A stretch of 64,000 nucleotides of DNA, taken from positions 77,046 to 141,045 of IMG/VR virus record IMGVR_UViG_3300025769_012879, one strand, 5' to 3'. The notes under the pieces are model-generated. The model saw only the letters and a list, made by a program, of their open reading frames with translations. It had not been told where the DNA came from and searched no databases. Shown piece by piece: positions 9,686 through 20,083 of the stretch. A program made the position numbers and the translations under genes. This DNA is from a virus. How positions within the stretch are numbered: the stretch's first letter is position 1; the number at the start of each line of letters is the position of its first letter.

Positions 9686-11013
9686 TGATAATAAGTGGCT
9701 TCGGCGGAAAAGGCGGGTCTTTATCAAGTCGTTCTTCTGGAGTTACCACTGAAGAAGATAAGTCCGGTGGATTTTTAAACATTGTAAAATCTATTGCTGG
9801 GGATGACTTACTTTTTTGTTTAGATCCAGGTTCAATTACTGTTGATATTGGTCAAACAGTAAATGAGTGGTTTGATTCGCTTGGAGCATTTGATACTCAC
9901 TTCACAGCACAAGATGTTGCAAACCGCAAACCTTCTTTTAGTTTATACAACAATAAACCAGTTCTCGACTTTGACGGCACTAACAATGCTTTTAGATCAG
10001 CAGCAGTTGTTTCGCAACTAAATAATAAAAAAGCATTATCTTTGATTTATTTTGCAAAAGTAAATGGTGGCAGCGGTTTTAAAACAATTTTAGAACTTGA
10101 TGCTTTGTGGTACAATGTAAACGGGTTTACAGCAGGCGTCGAACGCGATGCGGCTGATTATACAATATATAATGCACAAGACCAACACCCAGATGGACTC
10201 AACACAGGCGGCGTTGCTGGCAGCAACGGAACAAATGTTGATGTTGATTTACCAATAGTTCATGGCGTTGTTTATAATCGCAACGGCGCAGGCGGCTCTG
10301 CTGGCACAACCACAAGACCATTTGTAAATGGTGTTGCAATGACAGCCGCACAAACTTACACAGGCGGCAACACATACAACATTGATAGTGCCTGGGTAAG
10401 TGATAAATTGCTTTTCATGGGTGCTCGCGGCACAACAGTACTTAACTTCAATGGTTCAATTGGAACATTTATCGCTGTCACAAGAGCCCTTACAGACGAC
10501 GAAATGGGAAGGTTGTCGAGAGCAGTTTTAAGAAAACATAACTTAGGAACTGATGCTCCCGCGATTCCTGCTCCCTCTGGAGGAGGTGGCGATAGTGGAG
10601 TCACTTATAATATTGATGAGGTCGCAGGGCAGAACATTACAGACACCGCTGGTACTCTTTACGATGATGGCGGTCCAACTGGTACTTATTCACAAACCGA
10701 CTACACAACTTACATTGTTCCAGGCGCAGGTAAGAAAGTTGTAATTACAATGAGAGAGTTTGAAATGGGTCCTGGCGACGGCAACTTTAACGAAAAATTA
10801 CGTTTCTTTAATACCACTTCAGGTATTCTAAACTTCTACGGTAGTATGACAGATGGAGGATCCAATGCTCCAACACAAGATCAAGTTATTAATGGTGTTG
10901 ATGGCGGTACAGTTACCATTATCTTTGACCAGTCAGGTTATTATGGCGCAGGCGGGTTCTTTAGTCAGGACGCCGAAGGATTTAAATTAACTTGGGAAAT
11001 AGTTGATGTGTAA
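9685..11013 (+). CDS. LamG/concanavalin-like plus CUB-like domain virion protein
   Basis: KPVLDFDG...FNGSIG...RALTDDE (LamG-like), a Pro/Gly linker, then GTLYDDGGPTGTYS...GFKLTW (CUB-like). Confidence 0.6.
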   Translation: MIISGFGGKGGSLSSRSSGVTTEEDKSGGFLNIVKSIAGDDLLFCLDPGSITVDIGQTVNEWFDSLGAFDTHFTAQDVANRKPSFSLYNNKPVLDFDGTNNAFRSAAVVSQLNNKKALSLIYFAKVNGGSGFKTILELDALWYNVNGFTAGVERDAADYTIYNAQDQHPDGLNTGGVAGSNGTNVDVDLPIVHGVVYNRNGAGGSAGTTTRPFVNGVAMTAAQTYTGGNTYNIDSAWVSDKLLFMGARGTTVLNFNGSIGTFIAVTRALTDDEMGRLSRAVLRKHNLGTDAPAIPAPSGGGGDSGVTYNIDEVAGQNITDTAGTLYDDGGPTGTYSQTDYTTYIVPGAGKKVVITMREFEMGPGDGNFNEKLRFFNTTSGILNFYGSMTDGGSNAPTQDQVINGVDGGTVTIIFDQSGYYGAGGFFSQDAEGFKLTWEIVDV

Positions 11014-11030
11014 TAATAGGAATAAATAAT

Positions 11031-11270
11031 ATGTCTACATGCCCACAACCAATAACTTATTATATCCAAACTGAATCTATTGCAGGTCAGGTAGGAATAC
11101 AAATAGAGAAAAATTTTACAAAATACAGAGTTATTGGTATTTGGGGACATGTCACTCCACCACCCTCTGTTGAGTGGATACAAACAGAGTGGCACGGATT
11201 TGATGTTCACGAGTGGGTCACCTCGTTAGGTTATGTCTTTGTACCAATACTTCCCCGCCCAATTCCATAA
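11031..11270 (+). CDS. Hypothetical protein
   Basis: 79-aa ORF with AGGA upstream. Confidence 0.5.
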   Translation: MSTCPQPITYYIQTESIAGQVGIQIEKNFTKYRVIGIWGHVTPPPSVEWIQTEWHGFDVHEWVTSLGYVFVPILPRPIP

Positions 11271-11290
11271 AGCATTTTACCTTTTTTACA

Positions 11291-11298
11291 ACTATTTA
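11291..11298 (+). promoter_or_regulatory. Putative late promoter (scaffold/MCP)
   Basis: ACTATTTA within AACTATTTATTGTAGC, which is shared with the sheath upstream region. Confidence 0.7.
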
Positions 11299-11324
11299 TT
11301 GTAGCGTAAATTAGGAGTTTACTT

Positions 11325-12347
11325 ATGTCATCTATGTTAGAACAAGCAATTATCGACGCAACTGCCCTTAGAGAAGCAGCAATTAAGAGCGCTGAACAAG
11401 CAGTTGTAGAAAAATATTCAACCGATATTAAAGAAGCAGTTGAGAAACTTATGGAAGAAAATGATTTCGAAGAGAATAAGACTGTTGATGAGCAGATTGT
11501 AGAGGCAGATGAGAAGGGCAGAGGTTATGCTTTTGCTGAAGACACTGAACTAAGCGATCTTGAGGCACATGAGGTGGTTGACATTGATGTTAAATCTCTC
11601 TTTGAGCAAGTTCAAAAAGAACAACTTCAAGAAGAAGTTGAATTGGAAGAAGATATTTTTGAAGAAGAATACGATCTAAGTGAAATAGTTGATGAAGTTT
11701 CTGATGTCTTAGACGAAATGGGTGACACCGATGAGCAACTTGAAGACATGGTAGAACTTGAAGAAGAGTTGGAAGAGTCAATGAAGTTTGACTTTGATCC
11801 AGTTCCAGAGGGACAAACAACCGCTTTTGGTGCAACAAGGGCACAGCAGGCAGAACAAGCAATGTTAATGGACGTCATGCTCGCCGTTGAAGAAGAGAAC
11901 TCTAAATTAGAAAGCAAGAACGAATCTTTGGTTAAGACCAATAAAGAATTAACTGAGTCTAACCAAAAACTAAAAGAAACCGTGCAGAATATTGCAGATA
12001 AGTTTGAAGAGATCAAACTAGTAAACAGCAAGTTGTTCTACACAAACAAAACTTTAATGGACGACTCCCTGAATGAGCGACAAAAGGGTAACCTTGTCGA
12101 GTCCATTAATAACGCTCAGACATCTGAGCAAGCGAAGATTGTCTATGAAACTCTAAAAAGCACAGTGGGCAATGCTACTACAAATAAGCAACCGGAATCA
12201 TTGAGTGAGGCAGTAGGCAAGCGATCTTCAACATCTTTATTGCTAAAAGCAAGAAAAAGCGACGAAAAGCAAGTTGTTAACGAAGGTAACATCTTTGCTG
12301 ATCGTATGCAAATTTTAGCAGGCATTAAACATCAAAAGGAGGATTAA
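11325..12347 (+). CDS. Prohead scaffold/core protein (T4 gp22-like)
   Basis: Acidic coiled coil directly before the MCP, with many L-x-E sites and C-terminal RMQILAGI. Confidence 0.85.
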   Translation: MSSMLEQAIIDATALREAAIKSAEQAVVEKYSTDIKEAVEKLMEENDFEENKTVDEQIVEADEKGRGYAFAEDTELSDLEAHEVVDIDVKSLFEQVQKEQLQEEVELEEDIFEEEYDLSEIVDEVSDVLDEMGDTDEQLEDMVELEEELEESMKFDFDPVPEGQTTAFGATRAQQAEQAMLMDVMLAVEEENSKLESKNESLVKTNKELTESNQKLKETVQNIADKFEEIKLVNSKLFYTNKTLMDDSLNERQKGNLVESINNAQTSEQAKIVYETLKSTVGNATTNKQPESLSEAVGKRSSTSLLLKARKSDEKQVVNEGNIFADRMQILAGIKHQKED

Positions 12348-12350
12348 ACA

Positions 12351-14189
12351 ATGTCAAACATAGTCGAAAGATTAACAGAAAACATCGTTGCTCGTGACCT
12401 CCGTCAAGAAGGCGCTGCCCTAGTTTCCAAATGGGAAAAAACAGGTCTACTTGAGGGTCTCGGTGATGATAGAACAAAGGACAACATGTCCCGTCTCTTA
12501 GAGAACCAAGCCAAGGAACTTCTACGTGAGGCTTCCACAATGGCAGCAGGTGATGTCGAAGGTTTCGCCGCCGTCGCATTCCCAATCGTCCGTCGTGTAT
12601 TCGGCGGTCTACTCGCTAACGATCTCGTTAGTGTTCAACCAATGAGTCTACCAAGTGGTCTCATCTTCTTCCTAGACTTCCAGAAGGCAAATGCCCGTCT
12701 AGGTGATGACGCTGCTGATTCCGTTTACGGTGGTGGCGTTGTTGGTCAGGCAATCACAGGTGGTGTATCACTAACCGGTCGTAACGCTGAAAAGTCACTT
12801 TACAGTCTAAACAACGGTTACTCCTCACCAGTTTCCGGTGCAGTAACTGACATGAACGTCGGTCTAGAAGTTGTCGCTTCAGGTGCTATCGACTCATCAG
12901 GTCTATTCCAGTTCATGGATAACGATCCTGCTGACCAGATCACAATCGAAGAGGCAAGAAGAATTCTTCGTTACGATCCAGATCTACCATCAGGAACTGG
13001 TATCATCATCGCTGAGGGTGAGGCAACTGACTTACCACAACTCAACCGTGATGACTTGGTTGCTATTTCTTACCGTGACGAGAATGGTGCAGTCCTATCA
13101 GGTACTGCTGCTCAGTTCTCACTAACACAGGTTCGTCGTTTGACCACCTATGCTACTGCTTCAAACGGTACACCAAACAACGCTAGAATCTTCTCAGTGT
13201 TCACCACAACTGCTTCCGTTAACGTAGCAAATGATTCTACTGCTCTTCTTGACGCTGCTGCCAACATTCCAGTTGATCAGACAGTCGCAAGAGTTCAGTA
13301 CGCTACTGCTGATAACTTCGCAACAGGATTGGGCGATCCCGGTTCAGTCGCTGGTACAGCAAGTTGGTTGCTAGAAGGTGACGTTGAGGGTGCTGCCCCA
13401 ACATTTGGTGATGTAAGCAATGAGATCCCAGAGATCGACATCAAAGTAGATTCAGTTGCTGTAACAGCAGTAACTAAGAAACTACGTGCTAAGTGGTCAC
13501 CAGAGTTAGGTCAAGACCTAAACGCTTACCACAACCTCGACGCCGAGGTAGAGTTAACTGGTATTCTTTCTGAGCAGGTCGCTCTAGAAATCGATCGTGA
13601 GATCCTAGAAGACCTCATCAAGAGAGCAACTGCCGGTACACTACACTGGTCACGTCAACCCGGTCGTTTCGTTAACCGCGAGACTGGTGCTGATTTAGAG
13701 GAAGCCAGTTCCTCAACTGGTTACCCAGAGTTTACTGGTACCGTTTCTGAGTGGTACGAGACCCTCATTGAGACAATCAATGACGTTTCTGCTCGTATCC
13801 ACAGAAAGACACTTCGCGGTGGTGCTAACTTCCTAGTTTGCTCACCAGAAGTTGCCAACATCCTTGAGTTCACCGCTGGTTTCCGCGCAAGCGTCAGCGT
13901 TGATTCAAATGGTACCGCTGGTGCTGTAAACGTTGGTTCAATCTCTAAGAAGTTTGACGTATACGTCGACCCATACTTCCCACGTAACGTAGTTCTCGTT
14001 GGTCGTAAGGGTGCTAGTTTCCTAGAGAGCGGTTACGTTTACGCTCCATACGTCCCACTACAGGTCACTCCAACCATCTTTGGTACAGAGGACTTTGCAC
14101 CACGTAAGGGTGTAATGACTCGCTACGCCAAGAAGATGGTTCGTCCTGACATGTACGGTCTAGTAATTTGCCATAACTTGGTTGGTTAA
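12351..14189 (+). CDS. Major capsid protein (T4 gp23-like)
   Basis: VSVQPMSLPSGLIFFLDF, KKLRAKWSPELGQDL, EIDREI, GYVYAPYVPL, GVMTRY. Confidence 0.97.
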   Translation: MSNIVERLTENIVARDLRQEGAALVSKWEKTGLLEGLGDDRTKDNMSRLLENQAKELLREASTMAAGDVEGFAAVAFPIVRRVFGGLLANDLVSVQPMSLPSGLIFFLDFQKANARLGDDAADSVYGGGVVGQAITGGVSLTGRNAEKSLYSLNNGYSSPVSGAVTDMNVGLEVVASGAIDSSGLFQFMDNDPADQITIEEARRILRYDPDLPSGTGIIIAEGEATDLPQLNRDDLVAISYRDENGAVLSGTAAQFSLTQVRRLTTYATASNGTPNNARIFSVFTTTASVNVANDSTALLDAAANIPVDQTVARVQYATADNFATGLGDPGSVAGTASWLLEGDVEGAAPTFGDVSNEIPEIDIKVDSVAVTAVTKKLRAKWSPELGQDLNAYHNLDAEVELTGILSEQVALEIDREILEDLIKRATAGTLHWSRQPGRFVNRETGADLEEASSSTGYPEFTGTVSEWYETLIETINDVSARIHRKTLRGGANFLVCSPEVANILEFTAGFRASVSVDSNGTAGAVNVGSISKKFDVYVDPYFPRNVVLVGRKGASFLESGYVYAPYVPLQVTPTIFGTEDFAPRKGVMTRYAKKMVRPDMYGLVICHNLVG

Positions 14190-14212
14190 TTGCTAATGCG
14201 TAGTTAAGGGTT

Positions 14213-14250
14213 GCCCCTCATCCGTTTCGACGGGTGGGGGGTTTCTCTTT
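14213..14250 (+). terminator. Rho-independent terminator after MCP
   Basis: Hairpin CCCCTCATCCGT-TTCG-ACGGGTGGGGG followed by TTTCTCTTT. Confidence 0.85.
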
Positions 14251-14256
14251 AATAAA

Positions 14257-14264
14257 ACTATTTA
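14257..14264 (+). promoter_or_regulatory. Putative late promoter (neck)
   Basis: ACTATTTA right after the MCP terminator. Confidence 0.7.
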
Positions 14265-14284
14265 GATAGTAGGAGATTACGTGA

Positions 14285-15574
14285 ATGTCAGTACCAGATT
14301 TAACACCGTTAAGTAATTCAAGCAAAGTAATTTTGCCAATTACAGGAACACCCGATAATGTAAATGCTTCAAGCAACCCATTACCATTTGGTTTTTATAT
14401 GCAAGGACCAGATTCCGCAGCATTTGCTTCAGGTGCAGCAGATCAGGTTAGTTTTGTTTACAAGAAATTAGGTGGCGATGTATTAGATATTGAATTAACT
14501 CAATACAATGTTTATGCAGCATATGAAGAAGCAGTGTTGGAATATTCATACTTGGTAAACATTCACCAAGCAAAGAACTCGTTAAACAACCTACTTGGCG
14601 CTACAACCGCTTCTTTTGATGAAGACGGACAGATTGTCGCTGGTGATGCTTTAAGCGGTTCTAACATCGAAATGGCGCTTCCTAGATATACGTTTGATTA
14701 CACAAGAAGAGTTGCTGAAGGCATTGCTTCTGAAGCGGGTGCTGGTGGTGGTTTAACTTACTATACAGCATCATTTGTTCCAACTGCTAGTGTGCAAGAT
14801 TACGATTTACAGCAAATCGTTAGTTCATCAATTACAAATGGAACGTTGACATTAAACAGCGGCGACACAGTTGGCGATAATAAAATTATTATTAGAAACG
14901 TTTATTACAAAACACCAAGATCAATGTGGAGATTCTTTGCATATTATGGTGGTTTGAATGTTATTGGTAACTTATCAACATATGGTCAATATGCTGACGA
15001 TTCAACTTTTGAAATTGTTCCAACTTGGCAGAACAAACTTCAGGCAATAATGTATGAAGATTCAATTTACACCAGAACTTCACACTATTCATACGAAGTT
15101 ATTAATAATAAATTAAGATTGTTCCCAACTCCAAGCACTGTTGGTTCACCAGATAGATTTTATTTTAGATTTACTGTAAAGAAAGATTCATTTGAGGAAT
15201 ATCCAGATCGTAAAACTGGAACAAAGGGTGTCAATAACATGAACAACCTACCATTCCAGAATATTCCATATGCATCAATCAACTCAATTGGTAAGCAATG
15301 GATTCGTAGATTTGCTCTAGCACTTTGCAAGGAAATGCTTGGACAGATCAGAGGAAAGATGGGCAACGCCGTTCCACTTCCAGGTGGTAACATTACACTT
15401 AATGCACCTTCTTTGTTGGCAGAAGCAGCAAAAGAAATGGGTGATTTAAGAACAGAACTTAAGACAGTATTAGACGAATTAACTTATGAGAAATTGTTAA
15501 CAAAAGACTCTAATATGACCAAGGCAACTGCGGAAACACTCAAACAAGTCCCAGTTCCATTATTTGTAGGGTAA
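14285..15574 (+). CDS. Neck protein (gp13-like)
   Basis: KLGGDVLDIELT, QWIRRFALALCKEMLGQIRGK; position after the MCP. Confidence 0.8.
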   Translation: MSVPDLTPLSNSSKVILPITGTPDNVNASSNPLPFGFYMQGPDSAAFASGAADQVSFVYKKLGGDVLDIELTQYNVYAAYEEAVLEYSYLVNIHQAKNSLNNLLGATTASFDEDGQIVAGDALSGSNIEMALPRYTFDYTRRVAEGIASEAGAGGGLTYYTASFVPTASVQDYDLQQIVSSSITNGTLTLNSGDTVGDNKIIIRNVYYKTPRSMWRFFAYYGGLNVIGNLSTYGQYADDSTFEIVPTWQNKLQAIMYEDSIYTRTSHYSYEVINNKLRLFPTPSTVGSPDRFYFRFTVKKDSFEEYPDRKTGTKGVNNMNNLPFQNIPYASINSIGKQWIRRFALALCKEMLGQIRGKMGNAVPLPGGNITLNAPSLLAEAAKEMGDLRTELKTVLDELTYEKLLTKDSNMTKATAETLKQVPVPLFVG

Positions 15575-15580
15575 TAAAGA

Positions 15581-16066
15581 ATGGCAGATGATAAATGGAC
15601 AAGACCTGATGCGCCACCGCCTCCACTTTTTACGGGGCAGAAAGAGGCAGACTTTGTTAAGCAGATCAATGACGAGGTTATTGAGCGTGTTGCTGGTCAA
15701 CAAATTCTTTATTTTGCTATCTCAAGAGAACACTCAAATTATCATCCACTTTACGGCGAGGCAATAGAAAAAACATACTTACCACCAGTTAGAGTGTACA
15801 GTCGTGTAAAGTGGAATGGTACAAAAACTGAGTTTACAAAGTACGGTGTTGATAGAAGACCACAAATTGTAGTCGATTTTCATAAGAGGCGCTTAACAGA
15901 GGATCAGGATCTTTATGTTCGTGTCGGTGACTTTGTTCGCTATGGCGATTTCGATTATGAGATTGTTGAATTGAGTGAACCAAAACTACTCTTTGATCAG
16001 ACAGATAGAAGTTTTGAGATTAGTGCAACTTGTATTTTAGCAAGAGAAGGAAAATTTAACCCATAG
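15581..16066 (+). CDS. Head closure/neck protein (gp14-like)
   Basis: HPLYGEA...RVGDFVRY; synteny. Confidence 0.7.
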   Translation: MADDKWTRPDAPPPPLFTGQKEADFVKQINDEVIERVAGQQILYFAISREHSNYHPLYGEAIEKTYLPPVRVYSRVKWNGTKTEFTKYGVDRRPQIVVDFHKRRLTEDQDLYVRVGDFVRYGDFDYEIVELSEPKLLFDQTDRSFEISATCILAREGKFNP

Positions 16067-16075
16067 GATTATTAA

Positions 16076-17044
16076 ATGCTACCAAAGTATATTGAAGAAA
16101 ATTACAAGTTTAACAATTATCGTGATGCTCTAAGAAAAGCAGAAACTCTTGGGTGTGTTGGAACACATACAGAGGATGGAAACTATTACCCATGTAAGAA
16201 TGCTGATGAATTATATAAATCAGCATATTCAGTGCAGTATGATACACTAGTCCCTTCTACATTTGAAACAATTGATATGGCGCTTTACGATTGGTTGAAT
16301 CAAACTATTGATTTATTCGCAACTCGTAATGATGGTTGGCGCAAAGTTCCAATCATTTGGTTAACTCAAGAGAGAGCATTTCAAATTAAAGACGATAGAG
16401 AAATGAGAGAGTTGGGTACTGAGTCTTTAAAATTTCCAATGATCTCAGTACAAAGAACAACTGTTAAAAAAACAGATCCAAAAGACTCTCCGATACCAGC
16501 AAAACTATTTGCTAATAGTGACGGAACAACATTAACAATTGCTAGGAAAGTCAAGCAATCTAAAACTAAAAACTTTGCAAATGCAACAAGTTTAAGACTT
16601 TATAAACAAAATAACTTTAAATTTAAAAATGAAAAAGTTGTTTATGAAATGGCAACAGTTCCTTTGCCAATTTATCATGATTTGAATTATGAAATAAATT
16701 TAAGAGCAGAGTATCAACAACAAATCAACGACATGATTAGACCTTTTGCAACTTTTAACAATAACATAAATCAATTCATGATTAGAGATAGTGGACACAG
16801 TTATGAGGCATTTTTAGAAACAGACTATGGTGTAACAAGTAACATAAGCAATCTTGATAGTAATGAAAAAGTATATGAAGCAAGCATTAAGATAAAAGTC
16901 ATAGGATACATTATGGGTGCTGGTGAAAATCAAAAAGGTCCACAAGTTGCAAGAAAAGAAAATTTTGTTGAAGTACGTTTCCCTAGAGAACATGTTATGT
17001 TGGGCGATATCAATGAATTCTCAGATGACGGATATAGACCCTAG
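16076..17044 (+). CDS. Tail terminator (gp15-like) with N-terminal DUF3721-like Cys/His domain
   Basis: KVPII..ER, FPMIS, synteny; N-terminal AETLGCVGTH...YYPC. Confidence 0.7.
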   Translation: MLPKYIEENYKFNNYRDALRKAETLGCVGTHTEDGNYYPCKNADELYKSAYSVQYDTLVPSTFETIDMALYDWLNQTIDLFATRNDGWRKVPIIWLTQERAFQIKDDREMRELGTESLKFPMISVQRTTVKKTDPKDSPIPAKLFANSDGTTLTIARKVKQSKTKNFANATSLRLYKQNNFKFKNEKVVYEMATVPLPIYHDLNYEINLRAEYQQQINDMIRPFATFNNNINQFMIRDSGHSYEAFLETDYGVTSNISNLDSNEKVYEASIKIKVIGYIMGAGENQKGPQVARKENFVEVRFPREHVMLGDINEFSDDGYRP

Positions 17045-17062
17045 TCTTTGCCGTATTTCTAA

Positions 17063-17070
17063 ACTATTTA
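17063..17070 (+). promoter_or_regulatory. Putative late promoter (sheath)
   Basis: ACTATTTA within AACTATTTATTGTAGC. Confidence 0.7.
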
Positions 17071-17095
17071 TTGTAGCATAATTGGGAGATATTTT

Positions 17096-20053
17096 ATGAG
17101 TGCCAGAAAATTTAAGTTTATTTCACCCGGCGTTTTCCTAAACGAGATTGATAATACACAACTACCAAACGAACCAGCAGAGACTGGTCCATTGTTTGTT
17201 GGTAGAGCAAAGTATGGTCCAGCAATGAGACCTGTAACAGTTGACTCATTTGCTGAGTTTGTACAGTTATATGGTGAACCAGTTCCAGGTGGAAAGTCTG
17301 ATGATGTTTGGAGAAACGGCAATGAGCAGTCTCCTATGTACGGTACTTACACTGCACAATCCTGGTTAAGAAACTCATCAACCTGCACCTACGTTAGAAT
17401 GTTGGGTTCTGAGCATACTGAAGCAACCACAGCAGGAAAGGCAGGTTGGAAAATCACAGGTGTTTCCCCACTTGGACTTGATATTCCCCATGGTGGACAG
17501 TTCCCAGAGTTTACAGGCGATGCAACTGGTTCTGCTTACGGACTCTTTGTATTCCCAAACCAACTTAGTGGTTCTGAGACAGAAAGCGCTCACGGAACTG
17601 GATCATTGGTCGCAACATGGTATGTAGAGGACGGTCTTGTTGGACTAGTAGGTAAAGACACCTTTGGTTCAAACGTTAATGCTGATACCGCGCCTACTGG
17701 TATGTGTACTTTGATTGCATCAGACGATAGCGGCAAATTCACAGTTGTAATTACAGGTTCAACTGGATACGATAAAGATCGTATCATAAGTTTTTCATTG
17801 AATGAGAATAATAAAGATTATCTCAGAAATGTTTTTAACACAAACCCAGCATTAGTCAATAAGTCAATTACTAAATCATCTCAACGAGAGAGATACTGGT
17901 TGGGCGAGACTTATGCTAGAGAGTTTAGTCAAAAATTAACACGAGGTGTAGTTACAGGATCTGGTGGCGCTTCCCAGGGATCACCCAATGCAACTTACTT
18001 GGGTGCAATAATTCCCCTAGCAACCGGTTCTGATGCAAGACATAGTAACAGGCAAATACCTTTTGAGAGAGGTACAACAAGAAATAACCCAGCAACAGGT
18101 ATGGTTTTTGGTCAGGACTTGGGTGGCGCTGCTGCTTCAGGTTCTTACACATATGGTAATATGACTGAGTTGTTTAAGTTCCACGCCCTAGATCATGCTG
18201 AGTGGGCACAGAACAATCTCAAGGTTTCTATTGCCAATATTAACTATTCGCAAGATCAGTTCAATAAGTTTGGTACATTTGACGTTCTAGTTCGCCGCGC
18301 TAGTGATACAGACGCAGCACCAGTTGTTTTGGAGAGATTCAGCAATTGTAACTTAGACGCAAACTCTTTAGACTATGTTGCAAGAAAAATTGGCGATCAG
18401 TTCTTACAGTTCGATCCAGTTACAAGAAGATTAAGAACAAGAGGTGAGTACCCTAACAGTTCAAAATACATTAGAATTGAAATGGATGCTGACGATTACG
18501 ATTCTCAATTGTTGCCATTCGGATATTACGGTCCTTTAAAGTACAAAGATATTGAAGTGGATAGAGAGACAAACACTCAGCAGAATAACTTTGGTACTGG
18601 CATATTTGGACTAGGTGCCAAAAATATCTTCGATGGTGCTCAAGACCAATTAATTATTACAGGTTCAGGTCTCGGCGCTAGTGGATTCAAGGGACCAGGA
18701 CTTAAGTTGCTTTACCCATCTCACGAATTGAGAATTTCTGGTAACCAAGATGGTTTAGCAGACCAAACTGACGCTTACTGGGGTGTTTGGACTGGTATCT
18801 CTAAGACAAGTAACAAGTTTAACCGCGATTACGCCGACTTGAATAGAAACAGATCAGACATTATCACTGCGCCACTAACTGATACCGCGTACAGTGAGTA
18901 CCAATACATCTTTACTCTTGACGAAGTTGTATCTGGATCATCAGATGGTATTCTAAGTTGGGTTTCAGGTTCAAGAGTAGATGGTGATGCCATTTCTGCT
19001 CAGTCAGGATTTACCTACAAGAATGTACTTGATAAGGGTGTTGATAGATTTACAATGCCCATGTACGGTGGTTCTGATGGTCTTGACATCACAGAGAAAG
19101 ACCCCTTCAGAAACACCTTGTTAGATGGTAAGACAGAAACAACCAACTATGCATACAACACTGTCAAAGAGACAATTGATATTGTTAAAGATCCTGAGTT
19201 TGTTCCATACAACTTAATCTCAGTTCCCGGCATTACTAATGAGCAGTTAACCACACACCTCATTAACACTGCCGAGGCAAGAGCAGACGCTCTAGCAGTT
19301 ATCGATCTAAAGGGTGACTTCCAACCCTCACACGAAGACGATGACGGTAAGGTATACCCTAACTTAAGTGAGACAATTTCTAACTTGAAAGAGCGTCAGA
19401 TTAACTCAAGTTACGGTTGCGCTTACTACCCCTTCGTTCAGATTAGAGATACTCTAGAAGGACAGTTAGTATATGTCCCAGCATCTGTTGCCGCTATCGG
19501 CGCAATGTCTTACACAGACAGAGTGAGAGCACCATGGTTTGCACCAGCAGGATTCAACCGTGGTGGTCTTTCAAGCGGCATTGTTGGTCTACCAGTTGTT
19601 AACGTAACTGAGAAACTTACATCGCAAGATAGAGACCTTCTATACGACGCCAACATTAACCCAATTGCCTCATTCCCAAATGAGGGCATTGTAATCTTTG
19701 GTCAGAAGACTCTACAGGTTACAAGAAGTGCTTTGGATAGAATTAACGTTCGTAGATTGTTGATCTTTATCAAGAAAGGTATTTCTAACATCGCTGCTGG
19801 TATCTTGTTTGAACCAAACGTTCGTGCTACATGGGCACGATTCATTGGTCAAGCAGAACCCTTCTTATCAGATGTTCAAGCAAGATTTGGTTTGGATGAG
19901 TACAAGTTGGTTCTTGATGAGACAACAACAACACCGGACTTAGTTGATAGAAACATTCTGTACGCCAAGGTTTACTTGAAACCAACCCGTGCAATTGAGT
20001 TTGTTGCTGTTGACTTCATTATTACCAACACTGGTGCATCTTTTGAGGATTAA
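17096..20053 (+). CDS. Tail sheath protein (gp18-like)
   Basis: SPGVFLNEID, WFAPAGFNRG, NINPI, FGQKTLQ, DRINVRRL. Confidence 0.95.
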   Translation: MSARKFKFISPGVFLNEIDNTQLPNEPAETGPLFVGRAKYGPAMRPVTVDSFAEFVQLYGEPVPGGKSDDVWRNGNEQSPMYGTYTAQSWLRNSSTCTYVRMLGSEHTEATTAGKAGWKITGVSPLGLDIPHGGQFPEFTGDATGSAYGLFVFPNQLSGSETESAHGTGSLVATWYVEDGLVGLVGKDTFGSNVNADTAPTGMCTLIASDDSGKFTVVITGSTGYDKDRIISFSLNENNKDYLRNVFNTNPALVNKSITKSSQRERYWLGETYAREFSQKLTRGVVTGSGGASQGSPNATYLGAIIPLATGSDARHSNRQIPFERGTTRNNPATGMVFGQDLGGAAASGSYTYGNMTELFKFHALDHAEWAQNNLKVSIANINYSQDQFNKFGTFDVLVRRASDTDAAPVVLERFSNCNLDANSLDYVARKIGDQFLQFDPVTRRLRTRGEYPNSSKYIRIEMDADDYDSQLLPFGYYGPLKYKDIEVDRETNTQQNNFGTGIFGLGAKNIFDGAQDQLIITGSGLGASGFKGPGLKLLYPSHELRISGNQDGLADQTDAYWGVWTGISKTSNKFNRDYADLNRNRSDIITAPLTDTAYSEYQYIFTLDEVVSGSSDGILSWVSGSRVDGDAISAQSGFTYKNVLDKGVDRFTMPMYGGSDGLDITEKDPFRNTLLDGKTETTNYAYNTVKETIDIVKDPEFVPYNLISVPGITNEQLTTHLINTAEARADALAVIDLKGDFQPSHEDDDGKVYPNLSETISNLKERQINSSYGCAYYPFVQIRDTLEGQLVYVPASVAAIGAMSYTDRVRAPWFAPAGFNRGGLSSGIVGLPVVNVTEKLTSQDRDLLYDANINPIASFPNEGIVIFGQKTLQVTRSALDRINVRRLLIFIKKGISNIAAGILFEPNVRATWARFIGQAEPFLSDVQARFGLDEYKLVLDETTTTPDLVDRNILYAKVYLKPTRAIEFVAVDFIITNTGASFED

Positions 20054-20061
20054 ACTAATTA
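20054..20061 (+). promoter_or_regulatory. Putative late promoter (tail tube)
   Basis: ACTAATTA followed by AGGAG. Confidence 0.65.
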
Positions 20062-20083
20062 ATAGGAGAGTAGGAGACTAAAA

